Source: an uncultured virus (IMG/VR IMGVR_UViG_3300001460_000017)
Taxonomy: Duplodnaviria > Heunggongvirae > Uroviricota > Caudoviricetes
Direction: 5' to 3' (one strand)
Length of the DNA: 64,000 nt
Virus record (IMG/VR): IMGVR_UViG_3300001460_000017
The position numbers and the translations under genes are program-made. The notes beneath the pieces are model-generated. The model was not told where the DNA came from. It made no database searches and was given only the letters and a program-made list of their open reading frames with translations. Below, one piece after another: positions 37,485 to 47,228 of this stretch (the first letter of the stretch is position 1; each line of letters opens with the position of its first letter).

Positions 37485-38039
37485 TTATCTTTTAGTTCCA
37501 AAGAAGTTGAAGATGTATTTGGGTCTTTGTCCGCAGTTGGATCCGGCGTGCCAAGCATTTCTATCTGGCCATTTGTACACATCACCTGCTTTGGCATTGT
37601 AATACAAATCATCTTCCACAATTAATACGTGTCCAGGGTGTGTATCTTCCATGTGTACATGAAATCTTTCTATGTTGTTTAACTTACATAGTTCTTCTTC
37701 GTTGTCTTGTGTGTCCCAGTGCCAAGGAGCATGATTTCCTTGATGCACAACACTAACCCAACAACTTAAAACATCAACTCCAACGTAATCTGCAAATTTA
37801 TCTACAACACTTCTGTCAAAATTAGTTTCAGGTATGCACATATCCCAACCAATTGTGCCGCCTTCAGATGCCAGTGTGTATCCTGCTTTGTCCCAAGACT
37901 CACTGATCTCTTTTATACCTGGAAGATCATCTTGCTTTGTGTGTCTTGGTCCTTGATATGCTGGTTCAGAATTCTTTATGGATTCAACAACTGCATTCCA
38001 GTCTATTACATCACTACAATTTCCTACGTATTGTTTCAT
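37485..38039 (-). CDS. 2OG-Fe(II) oxygenase (Asp/Asn beta-hydroxylase-like)
   Basis: APWHWD...WHAGSN...KYIFNF. Confidence 0.75.
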   Translation of the reverse strand: MKQYVGNCSDVIDWNAVVESIKNSEPAYQGPRHTKQDDLPGIKEISESWDKAGYTLASEGGTIGWDMCIPETNFDRSVVDKFADYVGVDVLSCWVSVVHQGNHAPWHWDTQDNEEELCKLNNIERFHVHMEDTHPGHVLIVEDDLYYNAKAGDVYKWPDRNAWHAGSNCGQRPKYIFNFFGTKR

Positions 38040-38581
38040 TCTGCGTATGCCAAGTAATTAAAATTAAATTTAGGTACAAGTCCACAATTAGTTCCACCAT
38101 GATATGATTTAAAGTCGGGCCACTTGTGAACATCTCCTTGTTTTTGATTGTACAATGCTTCGTCGCCTACTATAAACACGTGTCCTGGTGCAGGTTCATT
38201 AATCATTGCTGTGAATCTTACAGGATTGCCTTGCTCTGTGTATTTTTTCCAATCAACGTCCCAGTCCCAATGCCATGGAGCAGTTTTTCCTGGATATATT
38301 TTGGATATCCAACTCTTAATCATTCTTGGTGCACCAACAAACTCGCCAAACTTCTCAGCCACCTCCATTGGAAACTCATTGCCTGGATAGTAATTGATCC
38401 ATTCTATAGATTCTCTGTTGTAACTGCCTATAGTAGATAATGCATCATCAATCTCTTTTAATTCCGGTACATCTTTGACTGGAAGATATTTACAAGCAAG
38501 TTTACCTTCTTGATCTTGCACTTCTTTAATGATTGCGTTCCAGTCTAATATATTATTACAGTTGCCTACAAATTCAAGCAT
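38036..38581 (-). CDS. 2OG-Fe(II) oxygenase (Asp/Asn beta-hydroxylase-like)
   Basis: APWHWD...YHGGTN...KFNFNY; tandem paralog. Confidence 0.75.
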   Translation of the reverse strand: MLEFVGNCNNILDWNAIIKEVQDQEGKLACKYLPVKDVPELKEIDDALSTIGSYNRESIEWINYYPGNEFPMEVAEKFGEFVGAPRMIKSWISKIYPGKTAPWHWDWDVDWKKYTEQGNPVRFTAMINEPAPGHVFIVGDEALYNQKQGDVHKWPDFKSYHGGTNCGLVPKFNFNYLAYAE

Positions 38582-39200
38582 TTAAAAAATCTCCTGGCCA
38601 CTCTGCATAATTGGTTTTAATTGTTTCTTTGTACAATTCGTGAGTGTCTAATTGGTTATTCAATATAAATTTATCAAATCTATCTGTTCTAATTAATGGT
38701 TTTAGATATTTTATATCAAGATATCTGTTGTCATTGTCTGTACAACCATATAAATCCATACAGTGTGCTTCGTTATTGTCGTCAAAGTAGAAAGTATGAG
38801 GGTACATATTGATTTTGTATATGTTTTGCTGTTCTAAATCTTGTTTTATCTGTTTAATTTTTTCTTTCCAGTTAGGTATGCTGTCTATTTGATTTGTTTC
38901 TATTAGGACATTAAGACTTTTGTTATACCATTTGAACTTGATCTCTCTTTTATCGTAATCAATATCCAATAATTCTGGAATATACTTTGCGCCTTTAAGT
39001 TTAGAAAGGTATACCACTTCTTGATCAAACCAGAAGTTGTAAAGTTCTTCATTCATGGATTCGTTGTTGAAATAGTCATTTGGATTCCAATTCATACAGA
39101 ACACATTGTTGTCTTCGCTAACAAGAGGCTGGTAAAGCATATTCGCCACAGCGAGACCTTTTTTATATTTGTAAAAATTATTCCAATTAGGCATATACAA
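38574..39200 (-). CDS. kinase-like fold protein with degenerate catalytic motifs
   Basis: QE...YIPELL...IYKINMYPHTF...MDLYG. Confidence 0.5.
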   Translation of the reverse strand: MYMPNWNNFYKYKKGLAVANMLYQPLVSEDNNVFCMNWNPNDYFNNESMNEELYNFWFDQEVVYLSKLKGAKYIPELLDIDYDKREIKFKWYNKSLNVLIETNQIDSIPNWKEKIKQIKQDLEQQNIYKINMYPHTFYFDDNNEAHCMDLYGCTDNDNRYLDIKYLKPLIRTDRFDKFILNNQLDTHELYKETIKTNYAEWPGDFLNA

Positions 39201-39864
39201 TATCTATTTTGAAGCCACAGATTTGTTGCATCTTTAAAAGTTCATTTATTTTTGAACCATCGCACAAAAATTTAATTGTGTGTTCATTAATTCTAGTAAA
39301 GGCATCTATTGATTGTTCTTTTGCTAATCTATTCAACAGTATTGAAAAAGAACTGTCAAAAAGATATCTTAAATTGTACACAGGATCTTTTGATGTCATA
39401 ACAACTTGTCTTGGGTCGTTCATCATACGATTGCTTTGTAATCTTTTGCGTATCACTAATTGGTACCTATTCTTATATCCATAATTAGATGCTGAATGAA
39501 GCATTCCTGCGTTCATCAAGTACACTGTGTTGTCTGGTTTACTAGGATACATTGTTTCATTTTCAATATCATGAAGGAAACTTTGTTCTGCATCTAGTGT
39601 GACATGATATCTGTCATCTACATCAGCATGAACCGAATAACTTTTGCCAGGTGCCATTACAATTACTCTTGCTTCACCGTGATCTGGCAACTGTTTCAAT
39701 AAATCTTCAATAGCAGTGCCTTTATATTCTGGTAACACCTCCCAAGGATCATAAAAAAAGTCTCCTGTAGGTTTGTTCAAAGTATTTTTACCTTCTGGTA
39801 AATGCTTTACTAAATCAAATAATATTTTGGAATCAGTTTTGGTATCTAATTTTTTTAACATCAC
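39187..39864 (-). CDS. Asp/Asn beta-hydroxylase-like 2OG-Fe(II) oxygenase
   Basis: SVHADVDDRYH...LHSASN...RYQLV. Confidence 0.75.
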   Translation of the reverse strand: MMLKKLDTKTDSKILFDLVKHLPEGKNTLNKPTGDFFYDPWEVLPEYKGTAIEDLLKQLPDHGEARVIVMAPGKSYSVHADVDDRYHVTLDAEQSFLHDIENETMYPSKPDNTVYLMNAGMLHSASNYGYKNRYQLVIRKRLQSNRMMNDPRQVVMTSKDPVYNLRYLFDSSFSILLNRLAKEQSIDAFTRINEHTIKFLCDGSKINELLKMQQICGFKIDIVYA

Positions 39865-39867
39865 TTG

Positions 39868-39911
39868 TACTTATCGTAAATTATAATATGTGTAGTTAAT
39901 AGCGATAAATA
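39868..39911. promoter_or_regulatory. divergent pair of late-promoter-like motifs
   Basis: ATAAGTA on - (39868-39874) and ATAAATA on + (39905-39911). Confidence 0.55.
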
Positions 39912-39924
39912 GAAATGTCCATAT

Positions 39925-40731
39925 ATGTCCAATTTAGAAAATATAAAATCTCTATACCAATCTAGTGCCTATCGTGATATTCTTCACGATGTAAATGGAG
40001 TAGTATTTCCTTTTAACCCTGAATGGAAAAATATTGGTATCAGTTTGAGCGGTGGTGCAGACAGTGCCTTAATGAGTGTGCTGTTGTGTAGTATCATATC
40101 TCAATTGAAATCAAAAACCAATGTACATATCATAACCAATATAAGATGTTGGAAGACTAGACCTTGGCAAAGACACATCAGTTTGATTGTGTTCAACTGG
40201 ATAATTAATTCTTTCCCCAATATACAATTTAAAAGACACGAAAATTTTATTGCTCCTGATTTAGAATGGGGATCAAAAGGACCTAACATACAAGACGAAT
40301 ATGGAAAATTAAAAAGCGGTAATCAAATAGAGTTAAGAGCACACGCAGAGTATGTTGCTCATACAGAAAATTTAGATGCTTGGTACTGTGGTGTAACCAA
40401 GAATCCAGATAAAGAATTTGATGGTCGTCTATTGGCTCGAGACATCGAAGATGCTACATTAGATAGGCTAATCAAAACACACATGGGCGGCTTGGCTTGT
40501 CACCCTTTCACATACGTTCAAAAAGATTGGATAGTTGCTCAATTTAAAAAATTAGGCATAATGGACCTATTTGATCTTACAAGAAGTTGTGAAGGTGATA
40601 ACCAGACATATCCTGAAGTCTTTGGAGACTTAGACTACAAGACATATGTCGCAGGGTCGCCTGTGCCAGTGTGTAGTAAATGTTTTTGGTGTAAAGAAAG
40701 AGAATGGGGAGTAAGCAAATGTCAAGACTGA
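39925..40731 (+). CDS. QueC-like PP-loop ATP pyrophosphatase
   Basis: SLSGGADS PP-loop; TRSCE...CSKCFWCKER Zn-site. Confidence 0.7.
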   Translation: MSNLENIKSLYQSSAYRDILHDVNGVVFPFNPEWKNIGISLSGGADSALMSVLLCSIISQLKSKTNVHIITNIRCWKTRPWQRHISLIVFNWIINSFPNIQFKRHENFIAPDLEWGSKGPNIQDEYGKLKSGNQIELRAHAEYVAHTENLDAWYCGVTKNPDKEFDGRLLARDIEDATLDRLIKTHMGGLACHPFTYVQKDWIVAQFKKLGIMDLFDLTRSCEGDNQTYPEVFGDLDYKTYVAGSPVPVCSKCFWCKEREWGVSKCQD

Positions 40732-41336
40732 TAACGTTTGGTTGTTCTTATGCTTATGGTACAGGATTACCTGACTGTAACAATTGGATGTTTGATAAAC
40801 TGCACAATTTAAAACCTAGCAAAATGGGTTGGGCAAGTTTGTTAGCAAACAAAATGAAAGTAGAGTGTGTGAACGAATCGTTTCCAGGTTCAAGCAATGC
40901 AGAAATACTGTACAATGTTTTAAAATTTAATTACAAGCCAGATGATACTGTGGTTATTATGTGGACACACTTTGTTAGAGATATGTTGTTTAATTTCCCT
41001 CATAAGTTTCCTTTCTTTAGAGATAGATTAGGTCCTTGGAGTAAAACACATCAAGAACGCAAATGGGCAGAGTATTTGAGCGAAAAGGATTATGCAATGA
41101 AAAGTTGGTTTTACATACAACACGCAGACTTGCATCTACAAAAACAAGAAGTAAACTATATTCATTATCCTGCAACACCTGAAGAATTAAATAAAAACAA
41201 ATTAGATTTTATTCAAGTAGAAAACTATCATAGCGATGGTATTGTATACTTGGACACAGCAACAGATGATATGCACCCTGGAGAAAAAAGCAATCAACTG
41301 TTGTGCGATTCGATACATAGGAGATTAAATGACTGA
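40719..41336 (+). CDS. SGNH-like hydrolase or acyltransferase
   Basis: Start re-called; TFGCSYA, PGSSN, DDMHPG. Confidence 0.65.
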   Translation: MSRLITFGCSYAYGTGLPDCNNWMFDKLHNLKPSKMGWASLLANKMKVECVNESFPGSSNAEILYNVLKFNYKPDDTVVIMWTHFVRDMLFNFPHKFPFFRDRLGPWSKTHQERKWAEYLSEKDYAMKSWFYIQHADLHLQKQEVNYIHYPATPEELNKNKLDFIQVENYHSDGIVYLDTATDDMHPGEKSNQLLCDSIHRRLND

Positions 41337-42747
41337 TAGTAACGAGTATTGGCAGAATCCTAAAGATACACAACTGGGTAAATGGCAAAGAGAGTTAGCC
41401 AAAGTATCAGGCAGTTCTACATTTTGTATTCTACCATGGATACATTTTGCTACTAGACCCAATGGCGATATGCGACTTTGTTGTTCAGCAAATGCCAGCG
41501 GTGCTGGTTCGGATCACGAAGTTGGAATAATCAAGAAAGAAGACGGCACTCCAGCAAACTTTGGAAAAGACACTCCTATGAGTGCTTGGAATAATGAATA
41601 TATGAAAAGTGTAAGAACAACTATGCTTAAAGGACAAATACCTGCAAGTTGTCGTAAATGTTTCCAAGAAGAAAAAGTAGGTGTTGTAAGTAAACGAATT
41701 TGGGAAACAGGCACTTGGCACAAAGATGGTGTTGATATACATGAACTGATAAAGCAAACCAAAGAAGATGGTACTGTGCCTGAACAATTAATGTATCTGG
41801 ATCTAAGATTAGGACATACTTGTAATATAAAATGTGTAATGTGTTCGCCACATGACAGTTCTAAATGGGTTAAAGATTGGCAAACATTGATGCCACAATT
41901 AGAAGATAAAAATGTAAAAGATCAATTACAATGGAATAAGAAAGAATTCAACAACAAGTGGCATGAAAAAGACACATTCTGGAAAGAGATGTACGCACAG
42001 ATTCCTAATTTAAAACAAGTTTACTTTGCAGGTGGAGAACCTTTAATGATCAAAGAGCATAAACTGTTTATAGAAGAAATTATCAGACAAGGCTATCAAG
42101 ATAAAATATTGTTGCGTTATAATTCAAACGGACTATTAGTAGATGAAGATTTAATTCAGTTATGGAGCAAGTTTAGAAAAGTAAAATTTGCTGTCAGTAT
42201 GGACGCAATGGGTGAACGTGACGAGTACATACGTTATCCTACAGATTTTAAAACAGTAGAAAAAACTTTACATATGCTGGACAATACACCAGACAACATA
42301 CAAACCAGTTTAGCAACAGCAATACAAATTTTTAACATAAAACACTTGCCAGATTTTATGAAATGGAAAGTAGAAAGTGGATTTAAAAAATTAAATGCAG
42401 GCACAGTGCCTGGCGATATACAAATGGGCGGCGGACTTGTTAATATGCACTTGTTGTATATTCCTACATTTTTAAGTATTCAACTGTTACCCAAAGAAGA
42501 TAAACAAGAAGTTAAAGAAAGATTTATGGACTTTAAAGACTGGTTGTGGAAAAATTATAGACAAGATGATGACTATTGGAAACACAATCCATATGGATGG
42601 CGTCGTTGGGAGGCTGTACTTAAACATATGAATCAAAATGATCACAGTCATTTACTTCCTGGTTTTAAAGAATATGTTACGAAACTGGATGCTATTAGAG
42701 GATTGAGTGCTAAATCAGTATTCCCTGAATTGGAGCATTTATTATGA
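41329..42747 (+). CDS. radical SAM protein with N-terminal SPASM/twitch-like Cys domain
   Basis: FCILPW...LCC...CRKC; CNIKCVMC; AGGEP. Confidence 0.85.
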   Translation: MTDSNEYWQNPKDTQLGKWQRELAKVSGSSTFCILPWIHFATRPNGDMRLCCSANASGAGSDHEVGIIKKEDGTPANFGKDTPMSAWNNEYMKSVRTTMLKGQIPASCRKCFQEEKVGVVSKRIWETGTWHKDGVDIHELIKQTKEDGTVPEQLMYLDLRLGHTCNIKCVMCSPHDSSKWVKDWQTLMPQLEDKNVKDQLQWNKKEFNNKWHEKDTFWKEMYAQIPNLKQVYFAGGEPLMIKEHKLFIEEIIRQGYQDKILLRYNSNGLLVDEDLIQLWSKFRKVKFAVSMDAMGERDEYIRYPTDFKTVEKTLHMLDNTPDNIQTSLATAIQIFNIKHLPDFMKWKVESGFKKLNAGTVPGDIQMGGGLVNMHLLYIPTFLSIQLLPKEDKQEVKERFMDFKDWLWKNYRQDDDYWKHNPYGWRRWEAVLKHMNQNDHSHLLPGFKEYVTKLDAIRGLSAKSVFPELEHLL

Positions 42748-43706
42748 ACGTAGTACAAGTATGGAATCCCCAACCTAAAGAAGTGTTGCGTATAGAATTT
42801 ATGATAGGTAATACTTGTAATTTTTCTTGTTGGTATTGCTTTGAAGGTTCACATGAAGGTACACACAGATGGACTGACAACATGGATCAATTGGTGTTGA
42901 ACTTTAAACATCTATTTGAAAAATACAAAGCAGTTGGCAAAACAAAATTAGAACTGCACATTGTTGGTGGAGAACCTACACTGTGGCCCAAGTTGGGAGA
43001 GTTTGTAACAGAAATAAGAAAGATGATTCCGTCTTATATCACTATCAGTTCAAATGGCAGTAGAACTGTGAGATGGTGGCGCAAGTATGGTGAAGTGTTT
43101 GATAAAATTTTATTAAGTGCTCATTGGAATCAATGTGACGTGCCGCATTTTATTGAAGTAGCGGACACACTGCATGAACTGGATAGAAGTCCTAACGCAA
43201 TGGTCTTAATGGATCCAACTCAATGGGACGTGTGTTTAGGGTTAATTGATAAGTTTAAACAAAGCAAACATGATTGGTTCATAAGTGCTATGGAAGTCAT
43301 GCACAGCACAATCAATTACACGGAAGAACAAAAAGCATTTGTATCTAAACCTACAAAAAGAAGACCTAGCCTGTGGCATTTGTGGACACATAGAAAACAT
43401 TTGAAGGAAGAGCCTACTATAAAATTAGAAGATGGATCAAAGAAAAAAGTCAATCGTAATTGGCTTGTATTAAACAAACAAAATGACTTCCGGGGTTGGA
43501 TGTGTAATATAGGAGTAGACAGTATGATGATAGATCCTGCAGGTCTGGTAACAAGTGCTTGTAGAACTAGTTTATTTGAAAATTACAACATATACGATCC
43601 AGACTTTGTTACAAAATTTAATCCTGATATAAAACCAAAAATTTGTGACAAACGCAACACCTGTATGTGTCAGCCTGAAAGTTTGTTGGATAAAGTTAAG
43701 ATTTAA
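42744..43706 (+). CDS. radical SAM protein with C-terminal Cys cluster
   Basis: CNFSCWYC; VGGEPT; MCNIG...SAC...CDKRNTCMC. Confidence 0.85.
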   Translation: MNVVQVWNPQPKEVLRIEFMIGNTCNFSCWYCFEGSHEGTHRWTDNMDQLVLNFKHLFEKYKAVGKTKLELHIVGGEPTLWPKLGEFVTEIRKMIPSYITISSNGSRTVRWWRKYGEVFDKILLSAHWNQCDVPHFIEVADTLHELDRSPNAMVLMDPTQWDVCLGLIDKFKQSKHDWFISAMEVMHSTINYTEEQKAFVSKPTKRRPSLWHLWTHRKHLKEEPTIKLEDGSKKKVNRNWLVLNKQNDFRGWMCNIGVDSMMIDPAGLVTSACRTSLFENYNIYDPDFVTKFNPDIKPKICDKRNTCMCQPESLLDKVKI

Positions 43707-44592
43707 CTTTCGTTATATTGATATCTGCGGCACAGGTACACCATTCACGTGTACAGTCAATTGCTTCAGTAGGTTGTGCAAACGTACCTTCATAGATGTT
43801 TCCAATAGGACCTCCCACTCTACAAGTGGCTCTGTGAACTTCTCCGTCCCAATTGATCATTAAACTTTCCAATCCAGCATTGCATTTCCAACTTTTAAAC
43901 TGATTTGTTTTTTCAATCAACAAGTCATTTGTGTTGCAAGAATCCTTTTCATCTATCAATGTGTTGTGTGGAGGGTTATGGTTTTGTGCTACCAAAAAAT
44001 CTTTTTCTTCTACAGAATAACGTTCCATATCTTCAAAAACATCGTGTGTTTCGGTCCAACGAATTGGACGCAGAGCATACTTTATTCCTGCTTCTTTTAG
44101 GCGTCTACAAGCGTCAGCGACGTCATCTAACTGCCCTGGTAACATCATTACGTGTGCTAGTATATTTTTATTTTTTGTTTGTTGTGCGACGTTTAAAACG
44201 GTTTCTATCACCTTTTGGTAGTCGTATTCAAAGTGTATAGAAAACACAATATGGTTTATTAACCTATCCAAAATGTCTATGTAGAACTCTGCAGTTCTTG
44301 TACCGTTTGAGGTTACATTTAGCCAAGATACTTTTGGTTTGGCATACTCCAACAGTTCTAAAATTTTTGGATGTACACACGGCTCTCCACCTGTAAAACT
44401 TATTCTGATGTTTTTAATTTTGGATAATTCATCCACAGCATTTTTTAAAATTTGTATGTCTGTGTGGGGGCTTGTATTGTCATGTATCACTGGCGGACAA
44501 TAAGAACAATCGTAATTGCATCTCTTGCCAAGATTCCATTCCACCTTTACACTTTGTTGAATGTGAGGATATAGATGTTCTACTTTAAACAT
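43696..44592 (-). CDS. radical SAM protein with C-terminal Cys cluster
   Basis: Start re-called; CNYDCSYC; TGGEP; CNAG...TCR...CTREWCTC. Confidence 0.85.
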   Translation of the reverse strand: MFKVEHLYPHIQQSVKVEWNLGKRCNYDCSYCPPVIHDNTSPHTDIQILKNAVDELSKIKNIRISFTGGEPCVHPKILELLEYAKPKVSWLNVTSNGTRTAEFYIDILDRLINHIVFSIHFEYDYQKVIETVLNVAQQTKNKNILAHVMMLPGQLDDVADACRRLKEAGIKYALRPIRWTETHDVFEDMERYSVEEKDFLVAQNHNPPHNTLIDEKDSCNTNDLLIEKTNQFKSWKCNAGLESLMINWDGEVHRATCRVGGPIGNIYEGTFAQPTEAIDCTREWCTCAADINITKVKS

Positions 44593-45856
44593 AACCTTGA
44601 AACTCCGGATTAATTTTTTCAAACGGTCCTTGGTTTCTTGAGAGATCAAGTTTTCTATTAAAGTCTACACAATCTAGCCAATATTCATTTAGGTCTTTTG
44701 CTTGTAAAAAGTTTATGTTGTCTTGTATTTGTTGTTGTGTAATTTTTTCTAATATTGGGTGTTGTTTTACTATTTCATAATCTTTTATTTTAGGTTTCAT
44801 TGCTTCTAGTTTTGCAACCACCTGATCTTTCAATGCTTTGGGCAATACCTGTGCCGATAGTGCTCTAGGATAACTAACTCTGTGACTGTAAAACACGATC
44901 TTCATCTCTCTTAAAAAATAATCTATAACTTTGTCTATCTGCATTATGTTGTTTGCTTGTACAGTAAATGCACCTACTATTCTACTAACTGTTTTAATTT
45001 TTTTCATTTCTTTAATGTTGTATTCAACATCTGAAAATTTACCATTGCCTCTAATATATTCATATGTGTCGTGTAACCCATCTATACTAACATTCACAGC
45101 AACACTTTTAAACTTGGGCCAATAATCATGTACAGTTCTTCCACCTTTAATGCCTAGTTTAGTTCCATTTGTGGCATACTTAATTTCAATATTATCTCCA
45201 TTTTTAGATAATAAATCTAGTATTTTATAGTGTACAGGATCCATTAAAGGTTCTCCTCCAGCAAATTCTACACGTCTAAAGTATGGCAGTAGTTTTTCTA
45301 GATTATCCCAAAAATGTGCTTTGTCTTCAAATATTCCTACATAAGGTGCTTTAGTTAATCCCAAACTTTCAACAGCATCTACTAGATAATTTTCTTCTTT
45401 TTTATAATGATCAACAATAGAATTCCAATCTTTCCATTGTGTAGAATCTAAAGGATTACACATTCTACATTTTAAATTACATAAGTTATTAATTTTAATT
45501 TCTATTGTGGGCAATTCAAACGGCATTGAATAATCATCGTTAAGTTTGTCTAATGCATTTGGGTATAAATTGATTCTAGATTCCGGAGATGAATCAGTAA
45601 TATGTCTTTGACGTAGGCTTTGAACTCCTTGATCTTCTAAATCAAAACAAGGTTCACACACATCTGGACGTTCATCGTTTAGCACTTGACGTCTTACTTC
45701 TTTCATTTTGTCCGAGTTCCATGCTTCTTCTAGACTCATATCTTTTATATTAGCAATAGGAAGACTACGACAGCACACTTTAATTGCTCCATCTTCTCTA
45801 GTAGCCAATCCCGTAAAAGGGTGCATACAAAAGGTACAACTGTTTTTATTCTTCAT
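44585..45856 (-). CDS. radical SAM protein with N-terminal SPASM/twitch-like Cys domain
   Basis: Start re-called; FCMHPF...VCC...CEPC; CNLKCRMC; AGGEP. Confidence 0.85.
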   Translation of the reverse strand: MKNKNSCTFCMHPFTGLATREDGAIKVCCRSLPIANIKDMSLEEAWNSDKMKEVRRQVLNDERPDVCEPCFDLEDQGVQSLRQRHITDSSPESRINLYPNALDKLNDDYSMPFELPTIEIKINNLCNLKCRMCNPLDSTQWKDWNSIVDHYKKEENYLVDAVESLGLTKAPYVGIFEDKAHFWDNLEKLLPYFRRVEFAGGEPLMDPVHYKILDLLSKNGDNIEIKYATNGTKLGIKGGRTVHDYWPKFKSVAVNVSIDGLHDTYEYIRGNGKFSDVEYNIKEMKKIKTVSRIVGAFTVQANNIMQIDKVIDYFLREMKIVFYSHRVSYPRALSAQVLPKALKDQVVAKLEAMKPKIKDYEIVKQHPILEKITQQQIQDNINFLQAKDLNEYWLDCVDFNRKLDLSRNQGPFEKINPEFQGYV

Positions 45857-47228
45857 TTTCCTCCCACGGATCTTTAGGATTTGTCCAATCTTTTCCAAAA
45901 CGCCACATTGGTGCTTTTAGTGTTTCAATATCCACTTCATAAAAATCTCCAATAGGTCCTGCATCAATGTCGTAATCTACAAAACCCGACCATGCGTGTT
46001 GTGACACTATTAATTGTATCTTATCGTATTTTTCTTTTAGCAGTCGTAACAATTGGTTTTGTTTAAACACTCTTTGTTTAGTTGGTACAAATGGCACTGT
46101 TGGCTCATAAGCAAAGATGTTGCTGATGTTGAAAATAACATTTCTATGATTTATGGGTGTTATAGTGAATTCATTCAACAGATCACATTCAACAAACTTA
46201 AATTTAATTTTATCTCTAATGTGCCATAGATGTCTAAAAGTTTCAAAATGTTCTGCTACCTCTAATTTGGAATTTAGCCAGTCTGGTGTTTTGTGTCTAT
46301 TTTTAGATTGTAAAAATTTATGATAATCTCCACCTTCGAACTCTTTTATTGTTTGTTCCATGTAATACAATGCATTAGGATTATAATCATAAAACACAAC
46401 TTCAGTGGCTTCGTCATACCCATGCTTATCCAAATATTTTAACCAATTGAATCCACTAGCAGGTGTAATCAATTGTTTAATAGTTCCTGTGCTTACTGAC
46501 TGCAATTCTTCTGTGTTAATTGGATAAAACAATCTATTAGCACTCTGATTGTATTTTTTAAATATTTGTTTGCTGTTTTCATTAAAATCAGTTTCGTGTA
46601 CTGCATAATAACATTTTTTGCTCATTCTTAAATTTTCATCAAACACTACAATTTTTTCTCTATTATCCAACGCGGCTCTTATTATATTCCATCCATGCCA
46701 TTTGTGTTTGTATGTTTTGCTTTCATTACCAGGCTTAATCCATAAAGGTGTGTAATCATCATGGAAATTTTCATCGCTTCTTATAGGTTCTGTAGAAAAA
46801 TGTTCTGAGTTTCTTTTTAGTTCACCTATCTCAGGCATTTCTAGTTCTTTATGTTTCTTTAAATTGATAACATAACATTGTTCATGAAGCTCGTAGTATC
46901 CTTCTTTTCTATCTAAGATGTGTCCTGCAATATAAAAATCTTGTTCAATTAGTTTGTGTAAATGTTTAAAAAACGATTCTCCTTGAAACTCTGTGTCAGG
47001 AGTAAACACCACAGCATAATCATATTGATCAATCAGTTTGCTTATTGTTACATCTTCTGATATAGACACCATAACGTCATATCCCATTGTGTTTAAATTT
47101 CCTATTTGATATTCCGCAATATTTTGAACTAATTCTTTTGCTGAATTATTTTTAATTGCATGAAAATTACTTTCAAGAATAAAAACTATATTGTGTTTTT
47201 TATGCTGTGCATCATATTGAAATGCCAT
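45846..47228 (-). CDS. hypothetical protein, possibly two-domain (GT-like plus Rossmann-like)
   Basis: Start re-called to MAFQYD; about 460 aa; function uncertain. Confidence 0.55.
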   Translation of the reverse strand: MAFQYDAQHKKHNIVFILESNFHAIKNNSAKELVQNIAEYQIGNLNTMGYDVMVSISEDVTISKLIDQYDYAVVFTPDTEFQGESFFKHLHKLIEQDFYIAGHILDRKEGYYELHEQCYVINLKKHKELEMPEIGELKRNSEHFSTEPIRSDENFHDDYTPLWIKPGNESKTYKHKWHGWNIIRAALDNREKIVVFDENLRMSKKCYYAVHETDFNENSKQIFKKYNQSANRLFYPINTEELQSVSTGTIKQLITPASGFNWLKYLDKHGYDEATEVVFYDYNPNALYYMEQTIKEFEGGDYHKFLQSKNRHKTPDWLNSKLEVAEHFETFRHLWHIRDKIKFKFVECDLLNEFTITPINHRNVIFNISNIFAYEPTVPFVPTKQRVFKQNQLLRLLKEKYDKIQLIVSQHAWSGFVDYDIDAGPIGDFYEVDIETLKAPMWRFGKDWTNPKDPWEENEE

